Of a stretch of DNA of 64,000 nt, positions 60,716-64,000 are shown one piece after another; positions within the stretch are counted from its first letter, which is position 1; every line of letters starts with the position of its first letter. Source of the DNA: Hypanus sabinus (Eukaryota); NCBI RefSeq assembly GCF_030144855.1, contig NC_082727.1, positions 40,114,001-40,178,000 of the forward strand, given 5' to 3'. Under the pieces are notes generated by a model, which did no database searches, was not told the origin of the DNA, and worked only from the letters and a program-made list of their open reading frames with translations. Both the position numbers and the translations under genes were made by a program.

Positions 60716-63700
60716 TATTTACAGAGGTTGTAGATACATTTTTGAAAGTTCAGGGAATTGAAGACAGTAAAGAATTAGCACAGAAGAGATAAGGAGGCAT
60801 AGGCAGATGAGCCATGACCATATGGAATGGCAGGGTAAGTTGAGGGAAAAGGTAGCCTACTTCTACTTTTTTAAAAAATATGTAATACTTATACGAAGAA
60901 ACAACAGCTCTAACTTTCTGGTATAACAGAAAGAGAAACATCACAAAGCAACTTTAAAGATAAAACAAACGCTTTTTTCAGAACAACCAAAGTGCTATAG
61001 TATGGATTCACTGTGCACTGAATATAGGTGCTCTGCAAAGGGATCATACAATCTTAGATTGTGTTGATATAGGGGAGACCACATTGCAAGTATCAAATGT
61101 AGTACATTAGAATGGCCTAAGTACAAGGAAAAGCTGATAGATTCGCTTTTCCAGACTTGCGATCATTATGCAACTGGCAACAAAGGTTCTTGATTAGCCA
61201 GGGCATCAAAAGGTATGGGGTGAAAGTAGGAGAGTTGAAGTGGATCAGCCCATGATTGAATGGCAGAGCAGACTCAATGGGCTGAATGGCCTACTCCTAA
61301 ATCTTACGGTCTTAACATGGATAACTAAGCAAAAAGGTCATAAGGCCACAAGAGATAGGAAAATTAGGCCATTTGGCCTATCAAGCAATTGCTTTATGGC
61401 TGATCCATTTTCCTTCTCAACCTCATTCTCCTGTCTTCTCCACATAACCTTTCATGTTGACTAATCAAGAACCTATCAAACTCCAACGTAAATAACCCAA
61501 TGACCTGCCCTCCACAGCTGCCTGTGGCAACGAATTCTACAGATTCACCCCATGATATGTGGATTCAATTTGTATAATATTGGACTGCTCATGTAACACA
61601 TTCCAAAGGGTTTAGGTAGCAAATAGCAAACATTGGCTAGCCAACAAGATGATTTAGTGGAAGTGAGAAAAAATTAATGAGGCTGAATTTTGAAGCATTG
61701 CTGGATGACAGGAAAATGTCCTGGTAACCACCACTGTGAAAGGATCCACATTTGCTCTGTTTATTCTACAAACAGCTGTACCCTAGCCATCTCCTTCCCA
61801 TCATTACGTAATCCCACATTGCTTGATAAACCGGCATAAAAGTTTTTCTAAGATGATTTGGGGTAAATAACAAAATTAGACTCTCTTCTCATGGATAATT
61901 ACGATTGCAATGCTTGTGCTAACCTATATAAAGCTCTCCGCAAACATTGTAATTGATGAACAATTAAAACATATTCTGATCTGTTTAGCAATATCAACTC
62001 ATAAAATGATTCATTACTCGCAAACCTTTAAATAAACATTATAGATGTGTTTGTTAGCTGATTTATATGAATACATTCTGCAGCTGCTGTCATGCATACA
62101 ATTGGCACAAAGATGTCTCTCAACCTTTTCATTTAAAAGATAATTTAACTTCACATATTATAATTGTTATAAACAAGACTGATAGATGAAGGTCCATGGT
62201 GATTTGCAATGTACAAGTAACCTGTGCATCTTAATCTGATGTATCACATAGCCAAAATTACACCCAAGGCCATAGGCATAAAAGGCCTTGCACCATCTCT
62301 TTATTAAGAGATCCAGAGGCACAAGATTAAAGAGTGTCTGTGCTGCCAAACTTCCTCCAAAATGTTGAAAAACTGTGACATTCCAATAAAGATATTTTTC
62401 CCCTTTGGCAGTCCCTTGGTATCAAGGATGCTTTGGTTGAATAAGAATGACACCTGCCTGTTCTAATGTGAGGTAGCCATCACACATTGGGCACCAATGA
62501 ACTCAGCATTGCCAGGTCTTGGCCTAATGAATATTCAAGTGTCTGAACAACAGGTTCTACTGCACATAACACAAAACTGCCATTTTATATTTGCATAATA
62601 TTCAGATCCCAAGAAAAAAACAGGTGTCCAATAAACTGCCTCCCATCTTCAAAGGAATGTGAGTTTATGAACATTTCAGAGGAAGTCTTGGCAGAACAGA
62701 CACTGTTTTAAGATCTCATGGGTGGGACTGAAACAAGAAATGGACAAGAGATGTGCGCAGACAGTATGAGTATGAAAATATCAGACTCTCTCTTCTAGTC
62801 CCTAGCTCCTCCTCTCCAACATTGTTTGAATACTCAAACTTAAGTGCTACCACGTTTCCCAAACTAATTCAGTTTTTAATTCTTAGATGTAAAGAAACAG
62901 TTTTAATACAAGTCTCAGGTATATTTATTTTTAAGTGTTTAGTTTCAGCTCAAAACAAATAGGAAAGAACTTTAAAGTTTAATTCTATTGCTAACCAGCC
63001 ATAAAACAAGTAAATTATTTTGAGAGGAATAATAGTTACAGAAGTAATTTTTCATTTCCAGCAAGGAGTCTTAATTTGCTTGCAAATTGTTAAAGCCCCT
63101 GGCAAATTTTCTTCTGTGCACAGATAAAGATCCACCTTCTGTTCATGGACACCAGAGGTGTCTTGTGAAATGTTCTGGTGCAATGTTAGAATACTACTTA
63201 GCAGTATGCAAGAACATATAGAAATGAAACTGCTCGTTCCAACAAGCAAGTTATCCTATCGCAACCTTTGAGGTAATTTGTCATTGATGGTACAGACAGA
63301 CTGCAGTCTCCTCTTTTCAATTGTTTCATTGCCAAATTACAAAAGCTGAACAGGATGAAGGCAAGTCTTCCATGGTGTTTTGGAGTTCAAAAAATTGAAA
63401 GGTAAGCAAAGAAACATCAGATTCTGAGGAGACATGATAAACAGAAAATGTGTTATGTATATTACAATGCTTTACACCCTGGTTTAGAGAAACGTCTTGT
63501 TTCATGGTATACATATATATAGTTAAAAGACAATAAACTTGACTTAATATTCATATTTTTGGATTGGCTGAAAATGATCAGCAAACTGCTTTATTAATGC
63601 AAGAAAATAAAATGAGATTATCAATTGTTTTTTCATTTGATGTTTATTTAAAAAGTTACATAAAAATGGACTGACAATGTTCACTATTGTAACTAATGAA

Positions 63701-64000
63701 ACCAAATAGGGTGAATCTATTACCACTCCATGTGCATGTGGTTATAAAAATAGGCAAAAAGCTAAAAAGTAGAAAATAAAACTTTGTACAACGCATTCTG
63801 ACTTCATCTATACAATTCAAGTTTTGCAAAAATACTTAATTTCTGGAGATAATTGGTTGAACTCAAATGTCAGTATTCAAAAATTTAACCACAAATTCAA
63901 ACTAATTTACTTGCACTATATTCACATATAGCTGACCTTGGAAGGTGAAGCTTTACAGAGGTATCTGGCAATGTTTTGGAGGGGTGGGGAAGAATAAAGT

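Noticed and set aside
62167-62349. Short minus ORF with HRLLVHC, vaguely like the CEP55 C-terminus
   Set aside because: Lacks the CPKC knuckle and coiled-coil context; probably chance.

Overview
Vertebrate genomic DNA, not prokaryotic. The repeat content (CR1, Rex1/Babar, L1, Penelope-like elements, tRNA-SINEs) points to a cartilaginous fish, probably a ray; this is inference. The window holds the conserved block PDE6C-RBP4-FFAR4, in the same order and relative orientation as human 10q23.33. (1) First coding exon of cone cGMP phosphodiesterase PDE6C on the minus strand (967-491); the rest of the gene lies left of the window. (2) Complete RBP4 on the plus strand: CDS exons 15540-15659, 15748-15881, 15977-16083, 22019-22231, 27486-27499; 195 aa. 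(3) Complete FFAR4/GPR120 on the minus strand: exons 41299-40760, 30083-29955, 29115-28693; 363 aa. Most of the remaining sequence is decayed, often nested transposable elements, and nearly all other ORFs in the track are fragments of these. I found no convincing wholly new biological system. The best leads are: an RBP4 with four N-glycosylation sequons and altered transthyretin/receptor-contact loops; a family of Penelope-derived short palindromic elements carrying decayed minimal hammerhead-ribozyme motifs, two with clean target-site duplications; an intact FFAR4 with a remodelled C-tail; and back-to-back poly(A) signals plus a perfect 16-bp hairpin between the convergent RBP4 and FFAR4 3' ends. 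Exon coordinates were read to the base; most repeat boundaries are approximate. Comparisons with human proteins are from recall, not from alignments run here.
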